A stretch of 64,000 bases of DNA, from assembly GCF_964204645.1 (NCBI RefSeq), contig NC_134029.1, forward strand, positions 14,688,950 to 14,752,949. The letters run 5' to 3'. The notes beneath the pieces are model-generated. The model was not told where the DNA came from and did no database searches. It worked only from the letters and a program-made list of their open reading frames with translations. Both the position numbers and the translations under genes were made by a program. Shown here piece by piece: positions 12,458 to 26,082 of this stretch (the stretch's first letter is position 1; each line of letters begins with the position of its first letter). This DNA comes from Tubulanus polymorphus. Its lineage: Eukaryota; Animalia; Nemertea.

Positions 12458-13138
12458 GACCCCAGTGATGATCACCAAAGGCCATTACCGTAATCCAAAT
12501 GAAATCATGAACACCATACAAAGTTTCTTTTAATAAATTCGATCAAATATGGGCTCAATTTAGATGATTTCTTAAGAATGTTTAAAATCCACATGGATAT
12601 AGCATATTTTGTTTTAAAAAAAATGAATGATTTCAGGGAAATTCGAACACTCCAAAATGCACATCTTAAGATGCAGAGACATCCAGGCTCCCGTTGAAAA
12701 TAAACCACCATTTCAATAATGAGAGGTTAGCCTGAATTTATGATTGCACTTTTAATCTAAGAATATACCAAAAATAAATGCAGACCTATGCTTGAAAATA
12801 GCTGCACTTGTTCAAATTGAATTCTTTATTAAATCTTATCGCCATGAAAAAAAGGAAATCTCGATTTATCTTAACACTACATAACTATTGACAATTTGTA
12901 AACAAATTTAACTGCAATCCCGACTTTTATTGGTGAGAGTTGGGAATCGCTCATCACATTTCACATCCTCAAAGAGTATCTACAATATCTTCAGATCTTA
13001 ACTGAGTCACTCTAAATAGAACTAGATCCCAAACTATAGCGTGAGTAGAGTTTTCAGTATGTTTATATTGTCACGTATCACTGCAAATCTGAAGCATATG
13101 ATGCTACAGTGTATTTATAACAGGGAATCTGGCAAGCG

Positions 13139-13668
13139 ATCTCAAAATCGTCTCTTTTCAATAGTTGACTTTTAGAAACGATGTTTTTTGAGAGTAGCTG
13201 TTATAAGAGTTACTATCACAAAGTCACTGTTTACAGGCACGTGGTTTTACAGTCACCTCTACTGCTAGTGTGCACTATCGAAACCAGATGTATTAAAATG
13301 GTCACTTTTCAATAGTAGACTCTTCGAAACAGCTACTATAGAAAACCAACTGAATTGAAAGGAATACTATTTCAGAGTGACTGTTTTGAAATGTATACTA
13401 CTGGAAAAGTAGCTGATATCGTTAATTGCTTATTGTTCTCAAGTGGCTACTAAGTAAAAGTAGACGTTTGGGCTCAAAAGTGCGATAGACATGTTCTTGG
13501 ATTCCGCCTTTCAAATGGCCTCTCTTAATGAGAGCTCATTGGCCACCAGGTTGGCAATCTCTATTGTCTTCTTTCTCATGATACCGCCTATTGTCGATGG
13601 TTTTTCAAGAAACTTGCAGTGTGATTTGGGCATGTGAGACATCCATCCCTATTGAGAATGGAGGTCAT
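13139..13668. repeat. Right arm of the ~530-bp inverted duplication
   Basis: Reverse complement of 8457-8988. Confidence 0.95.
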
Positions 13669-13910
13669 TCGTAATTAAATGTGACCACCAGGGGCTTGAA
13701 TATCTTGTAGCATTAATCATAGGAGAAAAATCAACCTGAAGTATTTGTTCCTGCCACATGCACTGTCAAAGTCTGTTGAAAAATTGACTGGTCCCCTTGA
13801 AAAAATTATTCTATTATATCAGCCAATCCCCTTTAATTTTTAAAATCACTATCAATGCTTTAAGGCCCATGTCCCTCTTGTTTATCAATTTTTACGGTGT
13901 CTTATTGTAG

Positions 13911-14132
13911 ATATTCCTCTTTTATCGCACCATGGAGGTAGTCACACAGATTCCAACTTTGTGGTTCATTGGCTGAATAACAAGGAGCTTCAGTTTACAC
14001 TGGAAGCCGAGAAACTTGTACAAGAAATGGCAAAACAAGATATTTCAGATGGTTTAGATGTATCTATGTTTGATGAGATTTCTTACCCTATTCCACAAAG
14101 AAATGGCTATGAAGATTTTTCTGAAAATGACA
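13911..14132 (+). CDS. DMXL: DMXL internal exon
   Basis: ttgtag acceptor, gtaagt donor. (D)IPLLS...NFVVHWLNNKELQFT matches the DMXL FVVHWLNNKE motif. Phase 1 to 1. Confidence 0.95.
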
Positions 14133-15572
14133 GTAAGTATGTCCACATGTCACGTACGCACAGGCAATACGAATCTTGCCAACTTTAATTATTCATCGTA
14201 TTAATCGATAGTGCACGCTGAGCTGCGCGCCATTTTGTTCTAATGCTGAGAGATACGGACACAAAGTCACTTGGCAGTGCTCCGAATACATCGTCAGTAA
14301 TTTCTTATTTATTTCTTAAGCCAACATCCACCACCAGTTCGTAGAATTTTCGGAATTTCGATCAACATTCTACTATTTTGTCAATTAGCGTTATAGAAAC
14401 CCGGAAGTGAAATTTTCGGCTTTTTCAGCAACAAATGTGCGATTTCTGTCCAAATGGTCGGCCTTATTTTAAAAAACATAATGTGACGATCTAGATATTG
14501 GTATTTAGTCTCTGAAAATGTATGCTTTAATGGGTCCATTTCTTATCATGATGTCAAAAAAGTGACACTCGTCTGAAAATTTAGTACAAATTCCTAAATA
14601 TTTTTTACGCTTCATTTTCCGATTTATATTTTCCTAATTTTCGAAGACGGTGGCCATGAAACCTACTAGTTCTACTATTAAGTTACTTATTCTGTTGATG
14701 TAGAAGTGTGTTATGTTGCTTCTTTTATAGACAATTTGAGATCATAAAATTTTTATTCCAAATCCAAAAAAATCTAATTTTATTGGAAACAAGTTTCAAT
14801 GCCAGGCCATCAAAATATTTGCAAAATATTAAAAACTTATAAATTGAGTCCTTATGCCCATATAACCCTCAATATTAACAATTTTCCCTAGCAACGAATG
14901 TAACATTCAGGGCAAAATCACAAAATGAAATGCGCATTTCTTATGAATCACTTTCTGAACTAAGACGAGCCATGAACTATGATCAGCTCTGCTGAATCAT
15001 CACAGCGATCAAATCGCTGCTTTTTGAGGTAGGTTATGTGCGGAATTTGAGAATATAGAATTCATTTCTTTTTATTTTAAGCTTTTCATTTATTTGTACC
15101 TGTGTCATGTTTTGCAGATTTATTTTGAAGAGGAAACAAATGTATTCGATCTATAGGCAGTTGCCAGATTTGTTGTTGGGCTGCAGCTGACTCTAGATTT
15201 GGTCACCGGTCACCCGCTCAACTACAAGGACCCCAGGATTGACTGTCCGAGAGCAGTTATTGACATAGCTAGTGCTTGCTGCGGGATCAAGCCATATGCC
15301 GTTTGGCTTATAATCATAATCTTATTTATTCATATTTAGAAAAAATATTTTGAATTAGATACTTTAAACATCAAATTTGTCACCTGCTGGATCCACCAAA
15401 CTCTGACCGTTCTTGTGTGGGCTTGTCGATCGACATACAAGCTGGTTCATTCGAGACTACGCCATTGGCTGAAATAATATTCATTTCATTAAAAAGATCT
15501 TATGTTCTGAATGTTCTGAAATATTCCATTGATATGAATAAAAACATTCAATAAGATACATTAATATTCCGT

Positions 15573-16440
15573 TATTTTTATGGACTTTCGCTTTAGCAAA
15601 GTCCATTTTGTTATCGCATATGAAACTTTCTTCCTTTGGTACATAATAACTTCCAAACGAGGCTTAGTTTCTCGTTGGAACTTTTAATACATCACACGTG
15701 CTCGTAACGGACTCGCTGCTATGTGGTGTATTGGTTAGCGCATGTATATGAAATGCGTGCCTCGTGCGTGGCCTTGTCAAAGTTTTCCTGGAAACCGCAA
15801 ATCATTCAACTGCCAGGGTTCGTCGCAGGCCTTGGAAAGCTGTGAATTTTATAGAAGGGCAGTAAAATTGGGAAAGAGTGGAGTGAATCTTGGAAATTGT
15901 TTAATTTACAAAAATAAAATTGTCTAACAAACTTCGTACTAGAAATCGTCACGCAATGAAAGTGTTGAGTGTCTATTTGAGTCAGTGGGGAAAATCCACT
16001 ACCATGTATATTCATCAGATGAATCATCATGCAGTTTTGTGTGATGGAGATCGTATCAAGGTATGGTGGGGAACTCTTAGGGATCTACAATTCAAGATGG
16101 CCGAAGTTTGACCTATTTTTGACACGTGTTCGTGATAACTCAAAAATCGTTCGAGAAAATTTGATGAAATTTATATTAGATGTGTAAATATGATGTGAAA
16201 CCATATTGTTTTGGAGACTTTTCCAGTTCAAGATGGCTGACACCATCTTCTTTGGAAACATGAACTTTGCGTATACACGATAACTCGAAAACCGTTAATG
16301 AAATTTTTATGGTACCGGTATGTGTATGATAATATGAAAAGGAACTGTCTTGTTCTCGGAACTTCTCCAATTCAAGATGGCCGACTTATGACCTACTTTC
16401 TGGTCAAAATGGCATGTTTTTAATTTTTGGTTTACCTTTG
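15573..16440 (+). mobile_element. HINE-like element fragment with degenerate central repeats
   Basis: ATGGACTTT...AAAGTCCAT 5' inverted repeat. TTCAAGATGGC-bearing units recur at ~16091, 16227 and 16371. Confidence 0.5.
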
Positions 16441-16512
16441 TCAGCAGTATGAGGTTGGCATTGAGCCAATTCATGTAAAACCGTTTTTTTTTTCGTTTTT
16501 TTTATGTGAGCA

Positions 16513-17786
16513 TTTTTAGCCCACTTGGGACTTTAGTCCCAGCGGGCTATTGCGTTCACTTTTTGTCCGTCGTCCGTCCGTCGTAGCGTCCGTCCGACCG
16601 TAGACGGAATCCAGTTATTTTGAGAAGTTTTGAAGACGCTTCGAGGTAATGTCTTGATATTTGGGTTACACATGTATCTACCTTAGACACATCTTCAGCC
16701 CAAAAACTGGCCCTGTCAGATTCAAGATGGCCGACTGGCAGCCATTGTTGTTTGCCAAAATCAGCACTTTTTACACATTTTATGAACTTTTTGAGGCAAT
16801 TTTGAAGACGCTTCGATCAATTACCTTGATATTTCGGATATATGTGAATCCCCCCAGGGCCCATCAGCTTAACAAAAATTGGGTCAATCGGACTCAAGAT
16901 GGCCGTCCTATGACCTTTTTAGTGCCCAAAAATGTTAATTTTTGCCCGAATTCTGAGTCCTGTAGCTTCCTACTGGTATACCATTTCTCATTGCAATTTG
17001 TGATGGGTATTCTTTGGAAAGGGATGTTTTATACCTGAGACAGGTATTTTTCATCAGCCAATTATGACGCAATTGGCGGCCATCTTTGTGTCACCAGTAC
17101 TCATTCGTAAGTGGGAAAAAGTTTTTCCACATTATATTGATACATTAAGCGTATTTTGTTACCACAATCATTTAGAATGTTAGAGCTCATAACCTGTTCT
17201 ATGATTTTGGTGAGTTTCAAGGTCATTGGATTTTGTATATAGGGCGTTGAATAATGCAATATCTTAGCATTTCTATATTACATTCATACCTATGCATATT
17301 TTGTAACCACAATCAATTGGAAAGTTGTAGCTCATGACATTATCTATGATTGTTACGAGTTTTAAGGACATTAGTTATTCTCTATGGTCACCAGGGGGCG
17401 TTGAATAGTAGAATAACTTAATATTTCCTTATTTTATTGGTACCTAGGCATATTTTGTTACCATGATCAATTGCAAAGTTGTAGTTCATGACATGTTCTA
17501 TGATTGTGGTAAGTTTCGACGTCATTGGGTTTTGAATATGGTCACCAGGGGGCGTTAAATAGTAGAATAACTTATTATTTCCTTATTAAATTGGTAACGA
17601 GGCATATTTTGTTATCACAATCAATTACAAAATCGTAGCTGCTGACATGTTCTATGATTGTGGTGAGTTTCAAGGTCATTGGTTTTTGTATATGGTCACC
17701 AGGGGGCGTTGAATATTGAAATTGTTAGATTGTTGAGCATTTGGGACCACTTCCCAAGTGGGCATGGTGTCGCTGGACCCCTAGTT
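16513..17786 (+). mobile_element. HINE family A, full-length copy
   Basis: Subterminal IR GCCCACTTGGGA (16519) and TCCCAAGTGGGC (17752), 5' hairpin, (CGTC)n microsatellite, about 4 central ~154-bp tandem units, CTAG-TT 3' end, T-rich insertion site. Confidence 0.88.
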
Positions 17787-18272
17787 TTCATTCGTGCTCG
17801 GGTTAAACGATGTATATTCGATGCGATTGAAGACATGACAAACCTATGTCGATGACATGGTCAACTTTGTTTAATTTCGACGAAAACTGTTTTTGGCGGG
17901 AAAATTCTTAGCTCTTGCGTATAAAATTGCAATGACCTTTATTGGGAGGTGTCGTCTCTACGAGCGAATGTGATTGGCTGTTTTTGGGATATACGGGGAA
18001 TTCCGGCGCTACCAATATAATTATGGGAAAGCGTTTAATGGCGAACGTTTCATTGGACAATGTGCCGTATATGTGCGAATTTTTAATGCTTATTGCTGGT
18101 GAGAATATAATCATTTCACATATCGCCATAGGTATTGTTTCATTTTAATACCCGGTGAATATGTTGATTGAGATTTAAGTGAAGCGAACGTTCACCATAC
18201 ATCAAGGCCTCCACATGCGCGACAGTGATGTGTACGCAACTACTTATTTACACTTCCTATATCATCTGCTCA

Positions 18273-18455
18273 TTAGCCCCACAATTCATTCCACATCCTA
18301 TTGGTCCCACATCTGATTAGTTCAACGTCTAAATGGTCCCACAATTTTTTCATTGAACTTATTGCGCTTGAGATATAAGGATCCATGGATATCTTGTTTT
18401 CTTTTACCAAGGTATCTAAGCATCCCATCCATCCAAAAGTGATTTTAACCAGCAA
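18273..18455 (-). pseudogene. Possible Tc1/mariner transposase C-terminal remnant
   Basis: KENKISMDPYISSAISSMKKLWDHL loosely resembles the WPxxSPDLNPIENLWD motif. Confidence 0.25.
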
Positions 18456-20723
18456 ATATTCAATACTGGGAGTCTTTCCAGGGGTTTCTTGTAGTACGGT
18501 ATACAGGTTAAGCTTGCTGTGATCTATGGTTTATAATAGTTCATTGGGACAACAACAATTTTTTGAAAGCAGAGGAATTTTCAACAAGGAAAATAGTTTT
18601 AGAAATGACAAAAGACCTTTATTTGAAATATTGAAAATATAGAAATAGAATCGTCAAAACTTTTCAATAATCAGTCCAATCATTATCCAACAGAAGAAAA
18701 GTCTAGAGGATCATTTCGCACGCTTATCAACACAGATGCGCGCACATTGTTCCAATCATGATAATATCCATCGAACAAATCAAGTCTTTTTCAATCACAC
18801 ACTTAGTAGTCAAATAAACGTAGTCCAGTAGTCTGTAAACACCAATCGGTCACCTTGAAAAACATTCTTTCAGTGTCGTAAACCTGTATATATACAACAA
18901 GATAGGCATTGTGAAATGTAATGAAGGCTTAAGGCGTATTATATATTCATAAATGATAACCCTGGATGACGTTGATTACCTTGGATTATCGTCGCCCTCT
19001 AGGCCTACCTGTCACTTTTGGAAATTCTACTCCCAATTCAATGCAATCATAGCCTATTCCCCCTGGGCTTATCCCTGCTTCAACTGCCCAGAATACACAA
19101 AACTCACGAAAGTTACTAGTCTTGGCCCTTGGGCTGATTGACCCTAGTTATAAGCACTTAAAAACACAAGAAAATACGTGATTGATGGTAAGTGGTACTG
19201 ATACGAACCCTCATGCTACAAAAATAAATACCATAGAACTCAATTTGATTCGTGCTCTATGTATAGACCAAGTTTAAGAATTTGAAGTTGAAACATTTAC
19301 GGGTATCAGAACCCGTAAGTAAACACATTCAGTCGTATTTTTACAAATATTGGGTCTAGCTGCACCACATATACACCATTAACGCGGCCCCATATCATTT
19401 ACTTACTTTCACAAATGATATCTTTTCAATCAACTGAAATGGTTCGAAAAGCAACCAAATCATGATAAATCCCGATGTTTTTAACTGTTGCATCTAGCAA
19501 GGATGACTCCACATTCAAGTGAAGGTCGCAATCGCGCGATAGATTTGTTTGCGGACACCGAATAATTTTGATTTCCTTAAAGGTCACGACAAGTGAGCGC
19601 AGATTCAAGGTCTCTCATTCTTAGTATTGTCTACGCACGTGATGTATGATTTGTTTTGGAATATAGAATTTAAAATTCTTACCAGGGTATTTGGTTTGAG
19701 ATTCTTCTTATATTTCAGATTCTTTCTCACCTCTCCTCATTATCTTCTTATTGCAGTTTGCAGAAAACCCTTTTGATATTTTTGTGATTATTATTATTAG
19801 ACAGATGCTGGGTGCCTCGGACGCCCAGCGCCAGGAGGGCGTCCCTTTGATAAAAGCGTGTATGTGGATACTTCAAAGTGACTTTTAACCGAATCTGACT
19901 CCATGACAAAGTCAAAGTATGTCCAGTTTGGCACATCATTGGAGATATTCCAGAAGAAATATTACATCATGTTCCATAGAGGAAACTAGCAGCATTTAGT
20001 CAAGTTTTGACCATTGCAATTGGGGCGTTTGATTCTAGAATTCATAAAATTTATGATTTTCACATTTAGATTGAGTTTTTGAATATTTTTTATAATGAAT
20101 CGCATTTAGTGATATGATTTGAAAATTGCCTTACCAATGGGATCCAATTGAGAAATATAGCTGCAAAGCAGTGGTAACGGGTTTTCTGTGAAGCCGCACC
20201 ATGCCATTCAGGATGATTGGAATTATCGAAAATTTAAATACCGATACATAAAATATAATGTATTGACAGATTCAAACCTAATATGCAACCACTGTGTAAA
20301 CATCTAATGTGATTCAGCTTTGAATCCAAACTTACGTGGACGTAAAATCAATGAATATGAATTGATTAGACCAAGCATTTATTTTTTGTATCATCATGCT
20401 TAAAAATGGATCTGTTCTATTTAGAAACTCATCTTAAGAATCTGCTGAGTCAGTAGAGGTTGAATACATTTACTGATAAAAGAATGTATTAGGATTTGGA
20501 ATAGATTTCAAGGGAATTATCTTTTCATTGAAATAATTGAATAAATACATATATATTGTATTGTAGATTCAATCAATAGATTATGAATTGCTTTGGTCTG
20601 GGTATCGGGCCGATGTTGATTTTGGCTTTTATGGATTACTAATTCTATGCTGATAAACAATTTAAACCTGCAACACGTGCGTAAATATCAAACCTATTCC
20701 ACAAGTTACGTGCGTTTCCTAAT

Positions 20724-21197
20724 CAGAGTTGCCACTTCTCCAGATTTCTCCGGAATTCCGGATTTAAAAAAAATCCAAATTCATTTCCGGATTTTCGGGA
20801 GAAGTCAAATAACCACAAAAGAAAACATCGCGAAAAAAATAAAATCAATTCGGGATTCGACCCTTAAAATCAAAACCCGACGGCTCCGTAGAGGGTTCGA
20901 AAAAGCCGTATTGTGCTGCCGGGTTGTGGCAACAACCCCGCAGTACACGATTAAACCTAGATGACGCGACGATCGAAATCGACTGACGCTTCGTTTGTTT
21001 TTGGCTCTGGTTTATATATGAGGTGTATTTGATGGAACCAATCGCTATTTGAAAAAATGATCTATAGGCGGTAATGAAAATGAGGCCTATAACGCGTATT
21101 GCGCCAGAACGCATCTCCTGGCGTTCTAATTTCAAAATTTTTTCCAGACCCCCGACTTATTTTCCGGATTTTTAGCTTCACATACGTGGCAACTCTG
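20724..21197. mobile_element. hAT-like MITE with 6-bp TSD
   Basis: TIR CAGAGTTGCCAC, TSD CCTAAT on both sides, TTCCGGA subterminal motifs. Confidence 0.85.
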
Positions 21198-21600
21198 CCT
21201 AATAAACGGGACAGTCACTCCTAGTTATTAGAAAAATAATCTTCATTTCGTTAGGCCTATAGAAATTCATTATCTTTTTTGAAAATTCTATAGTAATATT
21301 TCTTCTGTCCTAATTTTGATTGCTGTTGAACCAATGATATGCTTTGTAAATATGATGTGATAAAAGAAGTTTGAATTTTGATTAAATTTGAATATGACTA
21401 TCAAGCATAACTTGTATTCTTTCCACTTGTCTTACTTGTACGTCGATAAGAGTTTGAGAGTTTCCATTAGGTACATAGGCCTTAATGAAATAAACTGTTA
21501 GTCACTGCAAACCTATTCCAGTGTTATGTCGCTCGTGTTAATTGCTTTGCTTGAGTTGAAAGAATCGGACCCTGTGGTGTGATGCAACATCGGTCGAAGA

Positions 21601-22271
21601 GAGTTATCATGGTCTTGACTGACTGCTCTTGACCATTCAACTTCATGTGTTTGACATTGGAATCAGCATTATACCCATGAACTGCAAAATATTTATAGAA
21701 CATGAAAACCTATACAGTATTCAAACTTTCACCGATGTTGAATATTTGAATGAACATTGGCTCATTTCAATATTCTAAAGCAGGAAATAATAAGCCCAAT
21801 CAATAGGCACTATTCCCATTGGTATAATGCATACAGCTGTACCGTACACTCATCTGTCGAGATTGAAGAAATCAGTTTACCAAACCTACGTACAGCAAAA
21901 TGTACAGGCCTACATAATGATTTTTTGTTTTTATGGGAGTTATCATGGTCTTGACTGACTGCTCTTGACCATTCAACTTCATGTGTTTGACATTGGAATC
22001 AGCATTATACCCATGAACTGCAAAATATTTATAGAACATGAAAACCTATACAGTATTCAAACTTTCACCGATGTTGAATATTTGAATGAACATTGGCTCA
22101 TTTCAATATTCTAAAGCAGGAAATAATAAGCCCAATCAATAGGCACTATTCCCATTGGTATAATGCATACAGCTGTACCGTACACTCATCTGTCGAGATT
22201 GAAGAAATCAGTTTACCAAACCTACGTACAGCAAAATGTACAGGCCTACATAATGATTTTTTGTTTTTATG
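21601..22271. repeat. Apparently perfect 336-bp tandem duplication
   Basis: Copies start at 21601 and 21937. Identical short ORFs at 21757 and 22093. Confidence 0.95.
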
Positions 22272-22680
22272 CCCCCGGCTCAACTTAAGTTGAGAGGGGG
22301 CATATAGATTTACCCCTGTCTGAGGACGCTGCTGCCACGAGTGACGTTAACAGCCTAGAGACCGCAATTGTTGTCCGAATGTTTTCAAACTTGGTACACA
22401 AGTAGGATATCACTTGGGCCAAAATCCTATTTAAAATTGTGTCGATTCTATTCAAATTTTGGCCACCAGGGGACAGACATGAAAAGCGACTTTAACACCC
22501 TAGAGGCCGCAATTGTTGACCGATTCATTTTAAACCTGCTACACTAGTAGGATATCAATTGGGCCAAAAGGCTATTTAAAATTGGGTTAATTCATTTGCC
22601 GGTATATGTAAAACATTAACCACTTAACACCTTACCACAGTATAATCTACCAATGCTTTAAGGCCCATGGGCCTCTAGTT
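22264..22680 (+). mobile_element. Short HINE-like element
   Basis: TTTTTATGCCCC...GGGGCATA 5' inverted repeat, two ~150-bp internal units, 3' stem-loop AGGCCCATGGGCCT then CTAGTT. Confidence 0.7.
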
Positions 22681-22766
22681 TTATGTGGGGCGGTTGTGTA
22701 TAGGGGCTGCTTCAGTCTCTTTGCTTTTTGTTGAAGTATCTGTTGGTAATATCTAAATTATTGTTA

Positions 22767-22971
22767 GGGACCATTCATTTAGTACGTACACAAAAATCTA
22801 CCAATTTTTTCCCACTCACCCCCTTGTATGCTGCTTGAATGTACAGTCAACGGTCAATAGAATGCAAAAATGATTATTTTGTCTGTACTGTAGAGCCACC
22901 CTGTGCGTATTTGTGTTAATTTTCATAGATCCGCCTCCCCATTTGTGCGTATGTACTAAATGGGTGGTCCC
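22767..22971. mobile_element. Tourist-like PIF/Harbinger MITE
   Basis: TTA TSD, ~28-bp imperfect TIR GGGACCAyyCATTTAGTAC. Confidence 0.8.
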
Positions 22972-23236
22972 TTAGTAAAATTAGTGTTATACTTAATTGT
23001 ATGACATCGGAGCCCCTACCACGGTCCCTCTCTTCGAGTCTTGGTTGGTATTTAGTTTTGGACGGATAATTGATGGTGGCATCGGAAGTGGGCATGGTCT
23101 GAAAAAATTGTTGCCGAGTGCATTTAATCCTAGGCAGTTAGGCACTATGACAGACACTTGAGTATCTTCGGTAATACAAATTTTACGATTTAAAATTTAG
23201 ATTTTAATACTTGTTTCCTATTTCTCTGCTTCAAAG

Positions 23237-23361
23237 GTGGAGAAGAAAACATAGATTACAAAAATGGTTCAAATTTACTTGTGAGTGACAATGATGCTGT
23301 GATTGAAGATTCATCCTCTGGATCACCTAATATTAGTGTTGCTGACACTACAGTGAATAAA
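23237..23361 (+). CDS. DMXL: DMXL internal exon (low-complexity linker)
   Basis: caaag acceptor, gtgagt donor. Open frame GEENIDYKNG...DTTVNK. Phase 1 to 0 exactly bridges the neighbouring exons. Confidence 0.7.
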
Positions 23362-24375
23362 GTGAGTAAATGTCTACATTTTGAATTTTGTTTATAACCT
23401 TAGGCTCAGCCAATTGCTAGATGTATTCATTCCTGCCATTTCCGGGTCTGTGTTACTTAACATGTTCGCTGTCACCTAGCGGTTTAACGTCGCCATTGGC
23501 AGCGCTAATTTTTGACATTATACAATTTATATGCTGCCCGCACTATTTGTACATTGATAAATAAAAACACTGATCTATTTTAGTGTAAAAAACCAAGGAC
23601 GAGATAACTCGTCACTGGTACTGGTGAAGAGATTCTCAATTTTTTCTTGTCCCCATTGCCAGTGAAAAGTGTGAAAAATCAAATGAAAATCTAAAATGAT
23701 AAAAGTTTTATTGCATATTTTATGAAATGTGAATATTATAAACTCTTCGTAGTGCCTTGGGGATCTTGTTAAAAAAGTGAAATAGTGAAAAAGTGAACAA
23801 TGAATAAGGATGAAAATATTCCATTTGTCAACAGTCTAGCCTATGTCAACGGTCTGGCTGATCGATAATCATTGGTATGCTTAATACACAATGTGCAAAG
23901 CTATCTTTTGCACACTCAAATGCATTTTCAGTAGCCTGTAATTTCACTATTAATGGGTGAATTGAACGGATTAAGCAAAAATATATTTCGTAATTTGTTT
24001 TTCTTTATGGTGCGCATAGTTGAAAGCCGTGGGTTTTATATTTTTTGAGAAATTAACCAAAAAGTGTCAAAAATTCAATTTATTAGGGCACTTTTTGTTA
24101 TGCAGCATCTTTAACTGTCTAAAATTACACATGTGAAAATTCAATGCTATTTGCGTCAGTGCTTGGAGTTCCACAGAAGAAATCAGTTTGATGCAGAGAA
24201 AGAATGAGAGTAGACCTTTTCGTTTGATATGCACAATACAACTGTTTATTTCCGACTCCGCGGACAGTACATGCTCATGCTAATATGATTGACATGCAGG
24301 GCAGGATACTACAGAGATGACCTATTTCTACCAACATAAACTATTAACTGGTCGGGGCGAGAAAAATTCTAATTA

Positions 24376-24901
24376 CAGGGTTGAAAATTTTCCGTCCAAA
24401 GACGGATTTCCGACCTTTGAAAACAGTGTAAAGCTGAGTCACAAAGTTCTGAGATCGGTAGTTCACAGCGGCTGTAAAAGCACTGCGAACCTTTAAAGCA
24501 TTCATTATATGTGTTTTCCCGAACTCCATTCAAGAAGACAGGACAAATTGAATCAATACTTGTATCTATTTGAATTGAAACATTGTATTGATTGAATGCG
24601 TCACACAGAAAAAGCCAATCGCGGACGCAGAAACCAGCCCGTGTATCTGCTGTCTGGCTGAGGCCAGGGCCGGGTTTTAGACTTGTGGCTGTGTCCGGGA
24701 CTGTGACCATGTTTCAAATGCTACCGGCGCAATTCAATTCAACAGTTGATTTTGTGGCTCAACTTCGCAGAAATTGTGTCAATTAAGGTGAATATTCTTA
24801 AAATTTTCTAAACACCGGTAACCACGCTGCGTGTCATTGCTGGTCGGTACGAGCATCAGTTTCTTTTTGGGACCTTTTGGAATTGCCTGTTTTCATCCCT
24901 G
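24376..24901. mobile_element. hAT-like MITE with 6-bp TSD
   Basis: TIR CAGGGWTGAAAA, TSD TAATTA on both sides. Confidence 0.75.
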
Positions 24902-25430
24902 TAATTAGTAGTCCAGTACATGTAGCCTATGTTGCAAATTCATAAAGAAAATATTGGTATTGATCACATTGCGTTGTGTTGTGTTATTGATGAATGATTT
25001 AATGAAATTAACTACAGAATAACCTTTCCATAGTGACCACTTGGGGTTCCGAAGAAATTGTTCACTACAGAGAGGTGTTCACTAAATAGAGGTAGCACAT
25101 ATTTGTGTCACGCCACCTACCAGCAGTTTGAATAACTACCCCCAATATTAAGCATTAATCTAAATAAATAACAGCTGTCCATTCAGTAGTCACCAATAAA
25201 CCTAATTAGAACTGATAATACAGGCATTAAATACAAAGTAATTTATGCAGAAACCATCATGGAAAGATCTTTCTGGTTTCTCGATTGGATTCTGCAGATA
25301 TTGTGTTTTCAGAAGTGAACAATGATAGAGCCTTTAGGGCCATCTTGTATGTCTTATAACCTAACATACATGTATTTGGAAACTTAGTTATTATCATGCG
25401 CTAACATGGATATTATTTTATTTCTTTCAG

Positions 25431-25540
25431 AGTTTTGGTAATAATTTGGATGGCAGAATCGAGAAGCTTCTTTATGAATGGCATCATAATAGCGATATTT
25501 TGTTTTGTGTTCATCCCTCTGATGGTAGTTTTCTTGTGTG
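25431..25540 (+). CDS. DMXL: DMXL internal exon (not in the ORF track)
   Basis: ctttcag acceptor, gtaagg donor. LDGRIEKLLYEWHHNSDILFCVHPSDGSFLVW resembles DMXL LDxxIExLLxEW...HPxDGxFLVW. Phase 0 to 2. Confidence 0.93.
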
Positions 25541-26082
25541 GTAAGGTTTGAGATACAAAGATAAACAATAACATTGACTTCACATATCAGTGTAACAGTG
25601 GGTTGGGCTTCTGAACAAAACCTCAAGGGGATTCCCTGGTAAATTCAAGTCGTTTGGAGTTGGCCTTTAAGACAGTTTTTAATTCTAAATTACATTTAAG
25701 CACAAGTGGTGACAGGTATATTTGCTGGCGCGCTGGAAGCAATGTTTGATTGCTGCAGCCAAATGCCAATTTTTGACAGGTTCTAAATATTGTCGCGGCG
25801 AACGTGGTATTAAAAAAAAAAAACATCAAGTAAATTATTGCTGTGGCTTTAGCCGCTGCAGTTGCTGCATTTCCAACACCACTGATTTGTTATAGTTAGG
25901 GTTCATGAAAAAGCAAGGTAATTATAATTGATACGTTTAGCTACATTGACCCAGCCTGTCCGGCGAGGTGGGACTTGTTTCTTTTCCCAAACTGGAACTT
26001 CCTCTTATCACGAAGTCTCAAGGTAAATGGACCTTTTCTAATAGCATCCTGTATTTACTAAGTGTTTCTGTTATATTTTTAG

